From Minisyncoccota bacterium (lineage in GTDB: Bacteria; Patescibacteriota; Minisyncoccia; Phycocordibacterales; BOKC01), in contig CP129473.1 of assembly GCA_030583745.1 (NCBI GenBank), positions 140,551-204,550 on the forward strand: a stretch of DNA of 64,000 nucleotides, in the 5' to 3' direction. The position numbers and the translations under genes were made by a program. Shown in pieces: positions 63,565 through 64,000 of the stretch; within the stretch, counting starts at the first letter, position 1; each line of letters begins with the position of its first letter. The notes beneath the pieces were generated by a model, which ran no database searches, had not been told where the DNA came from, and was given only the letters and a program-made list of their open reading frames with translations.

Positions 63565-64000
63565 TTAAAATTCGAGTTCCTTATCAATTTCTAGAATCAC
63601 GAATTTTATACCTTTTGGCTCTAAAACTTTTGGCGGTATTGCGTGTGTAGAGCCGGGTTGTTTCAAAATGCCCTCATGCACAGGAAAACAAGTTTTCGGT
63701 TTGATAAGAAGCGCATAGTCAATCGCTTCTAACAATCTCATCCAAGGCCCTGCCACAGGCAAAGCTAAAACCTCAACTTGTTTTCCTGGATTCGTGAAAG
63801 CGTCTCCCGGATAGAAAAGTTTGTTAGCGATGAAGTAGCCAGTATTTTGAATTGGCGGAATTGAAGTGTGCATGAGGGCATGATTTTCGCCAAAGCCCTC
63901 TATCAAAACTCCGTCTGCGTCAAGATTTTGACCGTCTTCAACTACACTGAAAGCAATATTATCTTTTTCTAAAAGTGCACCAACACTTTTATTGGTAATA
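63565..64000 (-). CDS. MBL-fold metallo-hydrolase (partial; N-terminus beyond the window end)
   Basis: C-terminal part of a beta-lactamase-fold protein; low GC. Confidence 0.5.
   Translation of the reverse strand, partial: ITNKSVGALLEKDNIAFSVVEDGQNLDADGVLIEGFGENHALMHTSIPPIQNTGYFIANKLFYPGDAFTNPGKQVEVLALPVAGPWMRLLEAIDYALLIKPKTCFPVHEGILKQPGSTHAIPPKVLEPKGIKFVILEIDKELEF

Noticed and set aside
1-64000. The possibility that the GC-rich blocks are assembly chimeras or contamination
   Set aside because: This cannot be excluded without reads. However, each block has an AT-rich, backbone-style promoter or leader and terminator abutting it and is embedded between intact backbone genes, and one junction reuses the dprA 3' end. 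Real insertions are more likely.
1-64000. CRISPR arrays, rRNA genes, integrase/transposase genes
   Set aside because: No regularly spaced direct repeats, no rRNA-like sequence, and no recombinase-like ORF seen in this window. The islands' mobilisation machinery, if any, lies elsewhere.

Overview
Context. The window is an AT-rich bacterial chromosome segment, roughly mid-30s % GC by eye. Small genes, many overlapping or abutting ORFs, a minimal housekeeping set and cell-surface fibre proteins are consistent with a reduced genome such as a Candidate Phyla Radiation (CPR)/Patescibacteria lineage, but this is an inference. All calls below are by eye, without any database search or computation.

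Backbone genes. These are dprA, serS, an ftsQ-like gene, dus, dnaX, uvrB, uvrA, a short uvrC, ddl, tgt, pepA, an FKBP isomerase, a LOG-family gene, pterin-4a-carbinolamine dehydratase (PCD), ndh, a glycogen cluster (glgA, two GH57, one GH13), two histidine kinases and a double-REC response regulator.

Accessory structure. Several blocks are unusually GC-rich (roughly 50-60% by eye) and carry their own AT-rich promoters and strong hairpin terminators:
- 60..930: a Clp N-domain-only protein.
- 5090..6425: a CsrA-like gene plus a ~490-nt non-coding transcript.
- 30130..31070: a membrane protein of unknown function.
- 40050..41640: two hypothetical proteins.
- 53960..63370: the largest, next to a tRNA-Ala gene.
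Several of these blocks abut a dispersed tandem heptamer repeat (ACCCTAN)x3-4 found at five loci. One copy duplicates the 3' end of dprA and another sits in-frame inside uvrC.

Main candidates for an undescribed system.
1. The 9.4-kb GC-rich island at 53962..63366 is bracketed by ~140-bp near-identical inverted repeats that supply the promoter, RBS and first codons of two different radical SAM enzymes reading inward. It also encodes a class I methyltransferase, an AsnRS-like gene, a GC-rich AspRS paralog and a thymidylate-synthase-fold enzyme. Immediately adjacent, and of intermediate GC with the terminal inverted repeats enclosing it, is a second AspRS that alone has a T-box leader.
2. At 22118..26864 a 17-aa ORF ending in Asn lies 3 nt upstream of a ThiF/MccB-like E1 enzyme and a nitroreductase-fold protein, downstream of a PaaK-like ligase and an aminotransferase. 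This resembles a microcin-C-like layout.
3. At 18961..21250 a graspetide (microviridin-type ATP-grasp) cassette has a 48-aa precursor translationally coupled to the ligase and is flanked by 75-bp direct repeats.

Other features. A 34-bp perfect palindrome recurs three times around an ArsR-like regulator, ndh and a Nudix gene. A split PKD-domain surface protein and toxin/kinase gene fragments (hicA, histidine kinase) are also present.
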